Source: Eledone cirrhosa
Lineage: Eukaryota
Direction: 5' to 3'
NCBI GenBank assembly: GCA_964016885.1
Contig: OZ024743.1
Coordinates: 297,166,001 to 297,230,000, forward strand
DNA length: 64,000 nucleotides
Within the stretch, counting starts at the first letter, position 1, and the number at the start of each line of letters is the position of its first letter. The notes beneath the pieces were generated by a model that was not told the origin of the DNA, searched no databases, and was given only the letters and a program-made list of their open reading frames with translations. Made by a program: the position numbers and the translations under genes. Positions 43,475-56,663 of this stretch are shown in pieces.

Positions 43475-44533
43475 TCTCTGCCCCCAATGCAAACAAGAGA
43501 TGTAGCAGGATCTCAGGAAGCTTAACTAAGAATGTAGGCTTCACATGTAGCAGCTGTTCTGGGACAGCAAGCAGCAAACAGCCACAGGAAACAAGCACCA
43601 CCAAACTCTGGGAGGGCTCCGTAGAAACAGTAGACAGCTTCTGCTACCTAGGTGACCGAATTAGCAGTGGAGGTGGGTGTTTGGAAAGTACAATAACTAG
43701 GGTAAGAATGGGATGGAAGAAGTTCAGGGAGCTACTGCCACTGCTAGCTGCAAAAGGCTTTTCCCTCAAAATGAAAGGCAGACTGTATGATGCGTGCATA
43801 CAAACAGCAATGTTACATGGTAGTGAGACCTGAGTGCTGTCTGTGGAAGACTTGCGCAGATTAGAAAGAAACGAAGCTTGCATGCTCCGATGGATGTGTA
43901 ATAGTAATATACGCAAACGGCAAAGCATAAACGAATTGAGAGAGAGACTGAGCATAAGAGGAATCAAATGCTGTGTGCAACAGAGACGGTTGCATTGGTA
44001 TGGACATGTGATGTGCATGAAAGATGACAGCTGCATAAAAAGGTGCAGAGCACTAGAAGTCAATGGAAACCGCGGAGTGGGGTGACCCAAGAAGACCTGG
44101 GATGAGGTGATAAAAGCTGACCATACCCAATTACACCTCTCAAAGGCGATGACACACGACCGTGACCTCTGGCGCCACGCAGTAATACAGAGTACCCGAC
44201 TTCCCATGGGTACAAGCCGAAGCTGAAGCATATAGACAATATGCCCCCCACACCCTCCCACTGCAAAGTGGTCGTGGAGGTGCCACGGCAAAATAGCACC
44301 CAGCCCACGCTGTAAAATAGACGTGTAGGCGCCACGGAAAAAAAACACCCAGCACTCACTGTAAATGAGGTTGGTGTTAGGAAGGGCATCCAGCTGTTGA
44401 AATCAAGCCAGAATCAGTTCCTGTATGAGCAAGACAAGGTCAGCCGACCAGACTCTGCCCACAACAGGACAACCTGTCTAACCCATGCTAGCATGGAAGA
44501 ACGGACGTAAAACGGTGATGATGATGATGACGA
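43475..44533 (+). mobile_element. RTE family B 3' part, decayed
   Basis: Matches the reverse complement of 35700-36750, with nonsense changes. Confidence 0.92.
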
Positions 44534-44933
44534 TGAAAAACAATGAATCAATTTCAACGTTTTTAGGGCTTTGGTGTAGGCTGACCTATAATTGCATAGT
44601 TTTCATTTCAGTTGCATTACATATAAAAACCTGTAGTTTCAAATTTACCAATGACAGCTTTGATATTCTTCTTTGCACTAAAGAAATATTATATTCAGCA
44701 CTCAATGCCCACTTTTGTTTGCATTATTTGAATCATAATGGTAGTAACGTTCAACAGCAGTGATTCTCTGTTTTTTGTTAAGATTACACACTATGTCCAA
44801 TAATCTGCAAAATACATTGTAAAGCTTACTAATATTTTTTATTGATTTTAGGCATGATTTGGCAAAATGAAAATTATATTGATTGGTGGCTAACTTTTCC
44901 TAAAATTCGGTGAAGATTTTTGTGAACCCTGTG

Positions 44934-44999
<66 letters not shown>

Positions 45000-45048
45000 T
45001 AGTAACACAACAGTTAGTACAGCTGTTCCATATAACCATGACCAGTCC

Positions 45049-45085
45049 GAGCTGAAGATCTGCATAAGGTGAAACAATTGTTCTC
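45049..45085 (+). ncRNA. Minimal type-I hammerhead ribozyme (GUU site)
   Basis: gag-CTGAAGA-tct-gcata-agg-t-GAAA-CAATT-GTT-ctc; stem III palindrome ACAATTGT; lies in a 180-bp island between microsatellites. Confidence 0.7.
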
Positions 45086-45174
45086 AGTATGGTGAACTAA
45101 CTGTTGTAGAACTACTTCTACCAAACTCGTCCCATGGACTGAGTGCTTTACCACTACAGATATTACCTTCCAGT

Positions 45175-45296
<122 letters not shown>

Positions 45297-45299
45297 TAT

Positions 45300-45752
45300 A
45301 TAAATGTAAATATGTATACGTACATACATATATGTATACAGACGTACAGTAGTATGTATATATATACATACATGCACACATATATATATGCACGTATCGG
45401 TTTACCGAACATTTATTATAATGCTCGGTTTGTTTGTTTGTAAACAAGCAAACAGCCCGAATTACGCCATACAGTGTTTAGGCAACCACATCACCTTTTT
45501 GTTCAACACTGATACAGGAACGATGTACTAGTTTCAAGCTTATTAGCTATCGTCAGCATCGTATACCTTCCTGCCAGATGGTTGAACATCTGAAAGTATA
45601 TACTTTCCTTATGCATATTAATGGCTGAGCAACCTAATTTGCATATTGAGTGAGTTCAGTCGGCCGGGCACACTGAAAACGATAAATAGAAGTAATTTAA
45701 GTAAGTGCCGTACTAAGAGTGAGAAATGAAATTTCGTTTCATTCTATTCTAT
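45300..45752 (-). mobile_element. Non-coding PLE-terminus element, same family as 61366-62100
   Basis: Near match to 61366-61755; contains a hammerhead; flanked by (TA)n. Confidence 0.75.
45521..45561 (-). ncRNA. Minimal type-I hammerhead ribozyme (GUA site)
   Basis: Minus strand cgatg-CTGACGA-t-AGCT-aata-AGCT-t-GAAA-CTA-GTA-catcg; stem III palindrome ACTAGT. Confidence 0.85.
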
Positions 45753-45874
45753 ATATATATATAAATATATATACATACACATACACACACATGCACGTAC
45801 TTATGTATGTCAGTATATTCATATATATATACAAATACACACACACACACACTCACATATATATATATATATAA

Positions 45875-46110
45875 TCATCATCATCAAGACCATTTAATGT
45901 CCATTTTTTACATGCTAGCAATGGATTAGATGAATTGACTCGGAAGAGAAGTCAGATCAGCTGATGGTGTCTTGCTCATACAGAACTCTTTCTGGCTTGG
46001 TTTCTATGACTGGATGCCCTTCCTAATACCAACTACATGTACAATTTGCACTGGGTGCTTTTTATCGTGGTAGCACAATGATCACTTTACAGTGTGGACA
46101 GGTTGCTTTA
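45875..46110 (-). mobile_element. Diverged RTE 3' tail
   Basis: gtcttgctcatac...tggatgcccttcctaataccaac. Confidence 0.7.
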
Positions 46111-46126
46111 TATACATAGAGTGAGG

Positions 46127-46182
<56 letters not shown>

Positions 46183-46479
46183 ACTTATATATAAGTATAC
46201 ATAATGGATTGTCATAAAAACTTTGTATTTAAAATTTCCTTTTAATATCTTTTAGGCATAATGATTAATAATAAGTCAGATTAATAGGCAATAAATACTG
46301 TATGGTAACTGTGTGAGGTAACTGGGTTTAGAGCATCCAGTCCATGATTTACAGGCTCCTAGAAATAAAATACTGGATAAGGAATTGCCAAGGCTGTTTC
46401 CTCTTCCTAAAACTTTTCAAAATCTTCCTGAAAAAAAAACATGCAGAGAAACACTATGTGAGTGCTACACTCATCTTTT

Positions 46480-47185
46480 TTAAAACCTGGCCGAGCCTAT
46501 CCCCTTTCCAGGTATATATATAGAATGAAGTTCTGTTAAAACAAAAGAGCAAGGTTCAGATCATTAGTTATAACCAGAAAACAGTAGACAACATTATGCT
46601 AAATAGACAAAAACTTGAAGTGGATAACTTTAAAGACCTCTGATCCACTTTGAGCAAAATAGCAGCTCAATAAAGGAATTAAAAACAAGACTCGACCTAG
46701 ACTCATCTGCTGTGGTGAAGTTGAGATGTCATATAGTTAAGCAGTTCCATCAATTCTTTTCCATGAAATTCAAATTTTTCAAGTCCTTGTTGATTTTCAT
46801 CTTTCTATACAGGTGCAAAAGTTGAACACTGACAGCTAATATATAATACAGAGTGTATATGTGTTTAAATACAAGCCCTCAAAAATTGATTATACAGAGT
46901 AAAAGACAAACAACTTTGTTAAGTAGAAAGTTACCAAGCAAGAACCACTCTTTGCAGCAGTGAATTGGTGAAAGCTCACTTGCTATGAGCATGTATCCGG
47001 TTATGATTCATTGCTCAAATTCAGGGCTCAGATAAATAAGTGTGAAGAAGAGGCAGACAAAGACAATCCTGCTCTCACATCAAGGACTAGATAAGTTTCA
47101 AAACGGCTACTCTTCTGAGTGTGACAAAGAACAGGGATAAGTGGTATTTGCTAACTGCTAGAGTATCTAGAGTGGCAGCCTAACA
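46480..47185 (+). pseudogene. Old RTE RT C-terminal remnant
   Basis: Fragments EVDNFKDL*STL and RRGRQRQS; many disablements. Confidence 0.5.
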
Positions 47186-47411
47186 ACTGACTCACTCAAT
47201 CATGAAAAGAAGTTGATGATGATGATAATGACAAAAATGAATAAAAACACAAAGTTAAGAGCAACCTTTCTGCTCTGTGCCTCCTAAAGAAAATATCACA
47301 TTCTATTTGTCTTTATGTGGAGCAAGAGAATCGGGGAACAAGAAAGAGTGAAAAAGAAAGCTGTGTGGAATGATACAATATATGGAATATATATGGAATA
47401 TATATATATAT

Positions 47412-50400
47412 ATCATCATCATCATCATCATCAACGTTTAACGTCCGTGTTCCACGCTTGCATGGGTTTGGACGGGGGTAGTCCCACTTGAGGCAAGAGT
47501 GATTGTCTTGCTCGCATAGGACTGTCTGGCAGGTTTTCTACAGTTGGATGCCCTTCCTAACACCAACCACATTTACAGTGTGGGTCTGGGAGGTTTTTAC
47601 CGTGTTGCCTACACGGCCACATTACAGCGTGGACTGTGTGTTTTTTTGTCGTGACACCTACACGATCTCATTTGTTTCGGCCTGGATGGCGCGGCACCAA
47701 CATAACTTTACATAGAACGGGGTGGTGTGGATGGGGTGGGGGTGGCGGCGGGAGGGGTGTATTTTGTTAGATATGCCTACTGGCAAGGCGGGTCTTCTCT
47801 GTTACTGAGTACCGCCAAAGGTCACGGTCCAGTGACATTGTCTTGGAGAGGTGTAAGTGTGTGAGGTCGGAGTTTATCAGCTCATCCCATGTTTTTCTAG
47901 GTCTGCCTATTCCGTGGCTACCGTCTATCTTTATTGCCCTGCACTTTGTAATACAGCTATCGACTTTCATGCGCATCACGTGTCCATACCAACGCAGCCT
48001 TCTCTCGAGTAAACAACATCTGATCCCTCTTATCTCTAATTTTTTCCTTAGTTCGTTTATGCTTTGCCGTTCACGTATATTACTGTTACACATCCAGCGG
48101 AGCATGCAAGCTTCGTTCCTCTCTAGTCTGCGTATATCCTCTGCACACAATGCCCAGGTCTCACTACCATGCAACATTGCTGTTCGTATGCAGGCATCGT
48201 ACAACCTGCCTTTCATTTTTAGGGAGAACCCTTTAGCAGCTAATAGTGGTATAAGCTCTCTGAACTTTTTCCAACCAGTTCTGACTCTAGCTACAGTACT
48301 TTCAGAGCACCCTCCCCCACTGCTGATTTTATCGCCCAGGTAACGGAAGCTGTCCACTATTTCTATAGAACCCTCTGCGCAATTGAAAGAGCTAGTATTT
48401 TGTGGGCACTTGCTGCTACTTATTGCACCAGAACACCGGCCACATGTAAAGTCTATGTTCTTAGTTAGCTTACCTGTGATCCCACTACATCTTTTATGCA
48501 CCCATACTTTGCATTTAGGACATAAGATGGAGTTTCTACCTACGCCTTTCCTACATACCGAGCACGACCATTTCCCAGAAGGGACCGCCGCCTTGTTTTC
48601 TTTCCTACAAACTAGAACTTTGGTCTTAGCCAGGTTAATTTTAAGTCCTTTTGACTCTAGGCCGTGCTTCCATGTTTGGAATTTCTTCTCTAGCTCGGCC
48701 ATTGATTCCGCTATGAGTGTCAGGTCGTCTGCGTATAGGAGTTCCCATGGGCAGCCTGTCTTGAACTCCTCTGTTATAGCCTGAAGGGCAATAATAAATA
48801 GTAGGGGGCTGAGAACAGAGCCCTGATGGACGCCAACTTTTACGCTAAACTCTTCACTATATTCGTTGTTAATTCTAACCTTGCTGACTGTTTCTTTATA
48901 CATGGCTTGTATAGCCCTCACAAGCCATTCGTCAACGCCTAGTTTTCTAAGAGCCCACCAGATAATGGAGCGGGGGACTCTGTCGAAGGCTTTCTCCAGG
49001 TCGACAAAAGCTAAGTAGAGGGGCTTACCTTTAGCTAGGTACTTCTCCTGTAGTTGTCGTACTATGAAAAGAGCGTCTGTGGTGCTTTTGCCTGACACAA
49101 ACCCGAACTGCATTTCATCTAGATCAATTCTCTCTCTGATTAGTTGCGCTATTACTTTTTCCGTGACCTTCATGACCTGGTCGATTAATTTAATGCCTCT
49201 ATAGTTACTCCTATCTAGGGCGTCTCCTTTACCCTTATAACAGTTAACGATGATGCTGCTATGCCAGTCCTTCGGAACAACCCCATTCTGTACGACTTGG
49301 TTAACTATGCGGGTGACCATGTTGTGTCCCACCGTGCCAGATGCCTTCAGCATCTCAGCAACTATTTCCGAAGGCCCAGCCGCCTTACCAGTCTTCATAT
49401 CCTTGATTGCCTTACTTATTATACTCCCCTCGACTAACACTGCTGGTCCCTCTATCGGGTCGATAAGGGGGAGACTGTCTTTCTCCCATTTATTCTCCTC
49501 ATTTAGTAGCCTTTCATAGTGACACTTCCAAGCTACCTTCTTATCAGTGTCGGTGATGGCAAGTATGCCATCATCGTTAAGTACACACTTCTCCCCGACA
49601 ATATCACGGTTTTCCTTGACGCATTGCCTGGCAATCCTGAACACCTCACGTTTTTGGTCATCGCGTTGTAGAACATGCTTGAACTTTCTTTCCTCAGCTT
49701 CCCTTCTTGCTAAGTACACTTCTCTCCTAGCTTCCCTCCTGGCCACTTGATAGTCTACTCTACTTCCCCCATCCCGCCATACTTTCCAAGCCTGCTTTTT
49801 GGCCTTAATTGACCCCTCCACCCTATTGTTCCACCACCATGTTACTCTCCTCCTGCCTACAGGCCTGCTCCAGCCACAGACTTCGTCTGTCGCCAACAGC
49901 AGGTTTGCTTTCAGAAATTTCCACTGTCCCTCTATATTGTCCGATTCTAGATGCTCTTCCTTACTGTCGAAAGCATCAAGTAATATGCTTTGAAATTTAT
50001 TTCTGGCTGTGGGGTCCTTTAGTTTCCATATTTTCCTCCTGAGGATAGTCCTCTTCTGCTGTCGGGTGCGTCTCGTCCTGACTATGAGGTCGCTAATTAT
50101 CAGTCTATGTTGGGAGGTGCATTCTTCATGGGGGAGGGATTTAGTGTTTACAACAGACACTCTGTCACGTCTTCTGGTAAGGATATAATCTACCTGGCTT
50201 GTGTGTTCCCCGGATCTATAGGTAATCAGGTGATTGTCACGTTTTTTGAAGTTAGTGTTACAGATAGTTAGGTTATTTGCATCACAGTATTCCAGAATTC
50301 TGGAGCCTTCCTCATTTCTAGTACCAAACCCATAGCCTCCATGGATTTCGTCATAGCCGTCACAATGTTGTCCAACGTGACCATTTAGGTCGCCTGCAAT

Positions 50401-50799
50401 AATTATATAGTCACTGTCAGATATTTGGGAGGTAGTTAGCAACAGTGTCTCATAGAATCTGTCTTTTATAGTGCCGGGCAGTCCGGATTGGGGTGCGTAC
50501 GCAGATATTACTGTCACCGTAGTTCTATTGAGGACAAGTCTTATTTTAATTATTCTGTCGTTCACTCTATTTACGTCTATTATCTTATCTGCCCACTTTT
50601 CTGCTACCATGATTCCTACTCCACCCAGCCCATCGTCGTTTCCCACCCAGAAAAGCTTATAACATCGTTTTTTACCCTCAATGAATCTAGCAGACCCACC
50701 CCTCCACCTGGTCTCTTGAATACAACAAACATCGACCTCCTTACGTTCAAGCATTTCTACAACCTCGTTAGCGCGCCCCTTTAGGGTGCCTACATTTAA
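47412..50799 (-). mobile_element. Near full-length RTE family A LINE
   Basis: Uninterrupted APE-RT ORF, 3' UTR and (GAT)n tail; both ends abut (TA)n. Confidence 0.97.
47767..50799 (-). CDS. APE endonuclease + reverse transcriptase with PHD-like insertion; natural start missing
   Basis: Frame extends upstream of the 50754 ATG as LNVGTLKGRANEVVE. APE motifs IQETRW, AYAPQ, GDLNGH, VDYIL, SQHR; RT motifs FVDLEKAFDRV, GVHQG, LYADD, FRYLG. Confidence 0.95.
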   Translation of the reverse strand, partial: LNVGTLKGRANEVVEMLERKEVDVCCIQETRWRGGSARFIEGKKRCYKLFWVGNDDGLGGVGIMVAEKWADKIIDVNRVNDRIIKIRLVLNRTTVTVISAYAPQSGLPGTIKDRFYETLLLTTSQISDSDYIIIAGDLNGHVGQHCDGYDEIHGGYGFGTRNEEGSRILEYCDANNLTICNTNFKKRDNHLITYRSGEHTSQVDYILTRRRDRVSVVNTKSLPHEECTSQHRLIISDLIVRTRRTRQQKRTILRRKIWKLKDPTARNKFQSILLDAFDSKEEHLESDNIEGQWKFLKANLLLATDEVCGWSRPVGRRRVTWWWNNRVEGSIKAKKQAWKVWRDGGSRVDYQVARREARREVYLARREAEERKFKHVLQRDDQKREVFRIARQCVKENRDIVGEKCVLNDDGILAITDTDKKVAWKCHYERLLNEENKWEKDSLPLIDPIEGPAVLVEGSIISKAIKDMKTGKAAGPSEIVAEMLKASGTVGHNMVTRIVNQVVQNGVVPKDWHSSIIVNCYKGKGDALDRSNYRGIKLIDQVMKVTEKVIAQLIRERIDLDEMQFGFVSGKSTTDALFIVRQLQEKYLAKGKPLYLAFVDLEKAFDRVPRSIIWWALRKLGVDEWLVRAIQAMYKETVSKVRINNEYSEEFSVKVGVHQGSVLSPLLFIIALQAITEEFKTGCPWELLYADDLTLIAESMAELEKKFQTWKHGLESKGLKINLAKTKVLVCRKENKAAVPSGKWSCSVCRKGVGRNSILCPKCKVWVHKRCSGITGKLTKNIDFTCGRCSGAISSSKCPQNTSSFNCAEGSIEIVDSFRYLGDKISSGGGCSESTVARVRTGWKKFRELIPLLAAKGFSLKMKGRLYDACIRTAMLHGSETWALCAEDIRRLERNEACMLRWMCNSNIRERQSINELRKKLEIRGIRCCLLERRLRWYGHVMRMKVDSCITKCRAIKIDGSHGIGRPRKTWDELINSDLTHLHLSKTMSLDRDLWRYSVTEKTRLASRHI

Positions 50800-50920
50800 T
50801 ATATATATATATATATAAGGGTTATCATATACATAAAATTAAATATATATATATGTTGCAACTGTTCACTTTTAAGCTCTATGAAGAATTAATAAATTAA
50901 AATCAATAAATCAGAGCATT

Positions 50921-51397
50921 ATATCATAAAACATGTCTTTTAGAATCATCAGATATTAAAATATATACTATTTCTTCTTCTAATTAGCATAAATTTGGCG
51001 CGATCGGATTGAAAAACTAAATGTCTGATTTTGAGTTTATCCCCTGATGAAACTAACTCTGGAATTCCATATTATTTGGATGTCCTAAATAAGGAAGAAA
51101 CCATGGTAGGGATATAATTACGGTATGTGCGCATTTCTTCTAAGTTTAATTTTACTACTAATTGTGTGTGGTTGATGGTATATTTGGTCGAAGACCGCAT
51201 GCTGTCGAAATGTTCGATAAATAATGGAACGGGGCTGCCGCGAAGAGGCTACGGTCGATTGTTTGTCAGAGATTTCCCCATAAGAAAATTTATTCTTAAA
51301 GCTTGCTAGATTTGATTTTGTATATCGTTAATTATGCTAATTAGAAGAAGAAATACTATATATTTTAATATCTGATGATTCTAAAAGACATGTTTTA

Positions 51398-51403
<6 letters not shown>
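50921..51403. mobile_element. Non-coding insert with 72-bp inverted arms enclosing a hammerhead
   Basis: Arms 50921-50992 and 51332-51403 are reverse complements. Confidence 0.75.
51038..51114 (+). ncRNA. Type-I hammerhead ribozyme with enlarged stem II (GUA site)
   Basis: TATCCC-CTGATGA-[46 nt]-GAAA-CCATG-GTA-GGGATA; stem III palindrome ACCATGGT. Confidence 0.8.
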
Positions 51404-51456
<53 letters not shown>

Positions 51457-51461
<5 letters not shown>

Positions 51462-51691
51462 CACAGTCCACGCTGTAATGTGGCCGTGTAGGCAACACGG
51501 TAAAAACCTCCCAGACCCACACTGTAAATGTGGTTGGTGTTAGGAAGGGCATCCAACTGTAGAAAACCTGCCAGACAGTCCTATGCGAGCAAGACAATCA
51601 CTCTTGCCTCAAGTGGGACTACCCCCGTCCAAACCCATGCAAGCATGGAACACGGACGTTAAACGTTGATGATGATGATGATGATGATGAT
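51457..51691 (+). mobile_element. RTE family A 3' tail
   Basis: Matches the reverse complement of 47412-47643. Confidence 0.9.
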
Positions 51692-51692
51692 A

Positions 51693-52329
<637 letters not shown>

Positions 52330-52969
52330 GGAGGTGAGTTTTATTGTAGTACAATAAAGCAATGCAGATATCGGATAAGAAGCACTCTACAGTTTGTAGG
52401 ACTGGAGTATACATAATATAAGATCAAAAGATGGTTAAAGGAGTTCTATGTATTTTATTATGCGCATTTCAAAAACAAACATCATCATGCAATAATATTT
52501 GTGTTTTCATCAGATAAAACAGGAGAACATGATATGAAGGCTAAAAAACACTTGTGGATAGTGCAGTTTTAAATCAACATATGAAAAGTGGTTTTAGATT
52601 GATGTGTGATATTGGGAAAAATATTTTATTTAGAGAGGGGGGGGGGGGTGGAAAGGATGAAAAAGGGGAGGAGATGAGAGGGGGAGATGGGTGATAGAGA
52701 GAAAGAGATAGTTTTTATAACTGAGAGGAGATATATTGTTTTACATAGAGAGGTTGAAAACCGTTGGAAGATAATGTATAAATTAAAAGAATTTGAAAAT
52801 TAACGAGGAAAAAATATTTAGGGAGGGGAGGGGGTGGAAAGGATAAAAAAAGGGGGAGGAGATGAGAGTGAAGGTGGAGAGGGAGAGATGGGTGATAGAG
52901 AGAAAGAGATAGTTTTTATAACTGAGAAAAAGATATATTGTTTTTATAACTGAGAAAAAGATATATCGC

Positions 52970-54874
52970 ACTGAACTACCTGTTAGATTAATCGCCCCCT
53001 CTAAATCTGATCTGGGGGTTGTTAGTAAAGCCATCTTGGATAGAATTATCCCACAGGTTAGTTCTAATTGCTCTTCTTTGAACCTAAATTTATGGTTTTG
53101 TACTTCTGAGGTGATTGGCTGGTTCAACAAATTGGATAATAAAAACAAACTAAAATTTATTCAATTTGATATTGCCAGCTACTATTCCTCCATTTCGCCT
53201 TCACTTCTCAATAATGCTTTATCTTTCGCACTTAAATATTCTGACATCACCACAGATGAACTTCACATCATCCTCACCGCACGTAAAACCATCCTAGAGT
53301 TCAACAACGAATATTGGACCAGGGCCGATACCTCTAACAACTTCGACATCACAATGGGAGCATCCGATTCATCCCAATTGACTGATTTAATTGGTATCTT
53401 CATTTTGAACTCTTTGAGTCGGAAAATTCCTCAACTTCGCGGTGGAATTTATCGTGACGATGGACTCTTTACTATCCTAAATTGCAATATAGTTAACCTT
53501 AATATTATTAAGAACAATATACGTAATCTCTTTAACCAACATAACCTAAAAATTGAATTTGATAATAGTATCAAACTAGCTAATTTCTTGGATGTATCTC
53601 TTAATCTTGACACTGGCCTATATTACCCTTACCATAAAAACAATGAGAACCTAAATTATGTTAACTTTAAATCTAACCATCCTACCAATATCAAGAATGC
53701 TATAGTTAGTAATATTGGAAAAAGAATATCTAACATATCTTCTAATAAAAACATCTTTGATGCTAACGCCAATTACTATAATAACGCACTTTCTAAAGCC
53801 GGCTATCCAGATAAAATCAAATATAGTAAAGAAACAAATTCTAGGAAAACTTACAGTAGAATAATTAATCATGATCATTCCAATAATTTTAATAAAAGAC
53901 CTAGATACAAAAACATAATCTGGTATAATGTTCCTTTCTCCATCTCTATTAATAACAATATTCCTAAATTATTTTTTAGTGCCTTAAATAAATGCTTCCC
54001 TCCCTCACATATCTATAGTAAAATATTTAACAAACACACCATCAAATTTTCTTATTCTACATCCTCCAATATTTCCAACATCATCTCTAAACACAACAAT
54101 AAAATACTAAATACTAAATCTCTTCCTTCCAATATTGAATTTCATAATAACAGTAATAGTACTCCCGACGTCATTGTAAACCCTAGGCTAACTTCTGTAA
54201 ACCCAAATACAACGTCAAACACAACTTCGCTAAATGTTCATAATCCAACTCTAAATCAAGAAACTATTATTCCTATTATTCCTATCGCAAACAACTTCTC
54301 CAATCCAATTCCTTCTATAGATAACACTAGGTCACTCATTAATAATCTCTCTAATTGCAACTGCCGCATTAAAAATAAATGTCCTCTCAACAACCATTGT
54401 CTCGATAAAAACTTAATTTATGAATGTAAAATTATAACTAGCACCAATTCCTTCACCTATTTTGGCTCCACTTCCACCTCTTTTAAAGCTCGTCTCTATA
54501 ATCATCATTCATCTTTCAAATACAAACTTAAAAGAACCAACACTGCTCTCTCAGAACTCATATGGTCCTTAAAAGACAAAAACATTAAATATACCATCTT
54601 TTGGAAGAAGGTTTCTTCTGCATCCTCATACTTGAACAGCTCTCTATCTAAAATCTGTAATCTCTGCCTAAATGAAAAATTTACCATTATCTCTAACCTA
54701 GATTCTATAATAAATAGATGTACAGATTTGTTTTCTATCTGCCTGCATAAATTCCATAGGACTTTCACAAAGTATACAGTTAATATTCAATTCGTTATCA
54801 ATTTAGAATCTTTTCTCAAAGGCACATATACATACACCTCTTTAAAATATACCCTTCTTCCCACCTTACTTTAA
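52970..54874 (+). CDS. PLE reverse transcriptase + C-terminal GIY-YIG endonuclease, N-terminally truncated
   Basis: Frame is open from about 52970 (PVRLIAPSKSDLG); QFDIASYYSSI, ITMGAS, IYRDDG, NFLDV; CNC..CPL..C, LIYEC..TYFGST..FKARLYNH, CNLCLNEK, CLH. Confidence 0.92.
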   Translation, partial: TELPVRLIAPSKSDLGVVSKAILDRIIPQVSSNCSSLNLNLWFCTSEVIGWFNKLDNKNKLKFIQFDIASYYSSISPSLLNNALSFALKYSDITTDELHIILTARKTILEFNNEYWTRADTSNNFDITMGASDSSQLTDLIGIFILNSLSRKIPQLRGGIYRDDGLFTILNCNIVNLNIIKNNIRNLFNQHNLKIEFDNSIKLANFLDVSLNLDTGLYYPYHKNNENLNYVNFKSNHPTNIKNAIVSNIGKRISNISSNKNIFDANANYYNNALSKAGYPDKIKYSKETNSRKTYSRIINHDHSNNFNKRPRYKNIIWYNVPFSISINNNIPKLFFSALNKCFPPSHIYSKIFNKHTIKFSYSTSSNISNIISKHNNKILNTKSLPSNIEFHNNSNSTPDVIVNPRLTSVNPNTTSNTTSLNVHNPTLNQETIIPIIPIANNFSNPIPSIDNTRSLINNLSNCNCRIKNKCPLNNHCLDKNLIYECKIITSTNSFTYFGSTSTSFKARLYNHHSSFKYKLKRTNTALSELIWSLKDKNIKYTIFWKKVSSASSYLNSSLSKICNLCLNEKFTIISNLDSIINRCTDLFSICLHKFHRTFTKYTVNIQFVINLESFLKGTYTYTSLKYTLLPTLL

Positions 54875-55789
54875 AGGGCATTATACACTCTATAATACTT
54901 GTTTACTCATTACCCTCATTCTATCTTCACCTTGTAAAATCCTTCATAACATATACATTTGTTTTTTTGACGTTAGAATATTCATCCGCAATCATTATTA
55001 TTTTTTCTCTCTATCATAAATCTTTTTAATCTCAATTTCATCCTTAATTTATTATTTTTTTCTCCCCATCAACGAACTCATTCTTAATACATATTAACTC
55101 TTTATTCGCATATATTATCAATTCCTTCAATATACAAACTTTAACTTCACATTATTTTTCTCAAATCCTTCTACACACAAACCTTAATAATTTTTCTCTT
55201 CGTTAATTTTGAAATTGCCACAATACTTATCAACATACACTTTTTTTGACGTTAGAATATTCATCCACAATTATTATTTTTTCTCTCTATCTTCATACAT
55301 AAATTCCCTTCGTTAATTTTCAAATTCCTTTAATTTATACATTATCTTCCAACGGTTCTCAACCTCACTATGTAAAACAATATATCTTTTTCTCAGTTAT
55401 AAAAACTATCTCTTTCTCTCTATCACCCATCTCTCCCTCTCCACCTTCACTCTCATCTCCTCCCCCTTTTTTCATCCTTTCCACCCCCCCCCCTAAATAT
55501 TTTTTCCTCGTTAATTTTCAAATTCTTTTAATTTATACATTATCTTCCAACGGTTTTCAACCTCTCTATGTAAAACAATATATCTCCTCTCAGTTATAAA
55601 AACTATCTCTTTCTCTCTATCACCCATCTCTCCCTCTCATCTCCTCCCCTTTTTCATCCTTTCCACCCCCCCTCTCTAAATAAAATATTTTTCCCAATAT
55701 CACACATCAATCTAAAACCACTTTTCATATGTTGATTTAAAACTGCACTATCCACAAGTGTTTTTTAGCCTTCATATCATGTTCTCCTG

Positions 55790-55856
55790 TTTTATCTGAT
55801 GAAAACACAAATATTATTGCATGATGATGTTTGTTTTTGAAATGCGCATAATAAAA
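55790..55856 (+). ncRNA. Type-I hammerhead in the PLE 3' terminal repeat
   Basis: TTTTAT-CTGATGA-...-GAAA-TGCGC-ATA-ATAAAA; antisense twin at 52453-52519. Confidence 0.78.
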
Positions 55857-56599
55857 TACATGGAACTCCTTTAACCATCTTTTGATCTTATATTATATAT
55901 ATATATATATATGTGTGTGTATGTGTATATATATATATGTGTGTCGTATGGTTGCTAGGGTGCGTCCATAGGCGGTATGCCGGTTGAGCACTCTATACTT
56001 CTAGGGAGCAGAGTACGATAAGATGGAAAACGAAAAATCAGTGATGCATCTGAACTCAATTTATTACGTATTATAATTGTTTCTCCGGAGAACAGCTCGA
56101 GGTGCGATCTGTTTGTGGATCGAACCTGACTCTGGATTCACAAGTTCCTCAGATACGTCTAGTGATTTCGAAGAAAATTCTCTTTCTGCAGGGCTCCGAC
56201 CTTTCGAGTCTTTATCATTTGCCTTCATCCTGTTTGCGCGGCCCTTAGATTGGTCGTTGGTTTGTGGTGTCATCATAGTTCTTGACCTCTGAAATCTGTC
56301 CACTGGCCATCTCCATTCAGGCGTCAGCTGTCACTCATCCCAATCCCATTGGCAAAATTACTGCTGTGTGTAGTATAGTCTTTATGAATTCCCACGCCAA
56401 TCCCTTGCTTGGCAGCCTCCCCATACATATACACCCACACGCACATGTGCTCACACCTATATACAGGCATTCCGAGCCATTAATCGTACACTTATCTGTG
56501 TGGACCTACACACACTCCCCCACACACATACAGCTTGTGTGCTTGCGTTCACACATGTACATACATAAATATATATACACATATACATACACACACACG

Positions 56600-56663
<64 letters not shown>

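Noticed and set aside
47843-50784. Plus-strand ORFs opposite the RTE ORF, and recurring MSCSHRTVW ORFs
   Set aside because: Antisense shadows of the RTE coding region and 3' UTR
56064-56303. ORF MDRFQRS... and its twin at 62465-62677
   Set aside because: Overlaps the hammerhead in the PLE terminal repeat; no evidence for an independent gene
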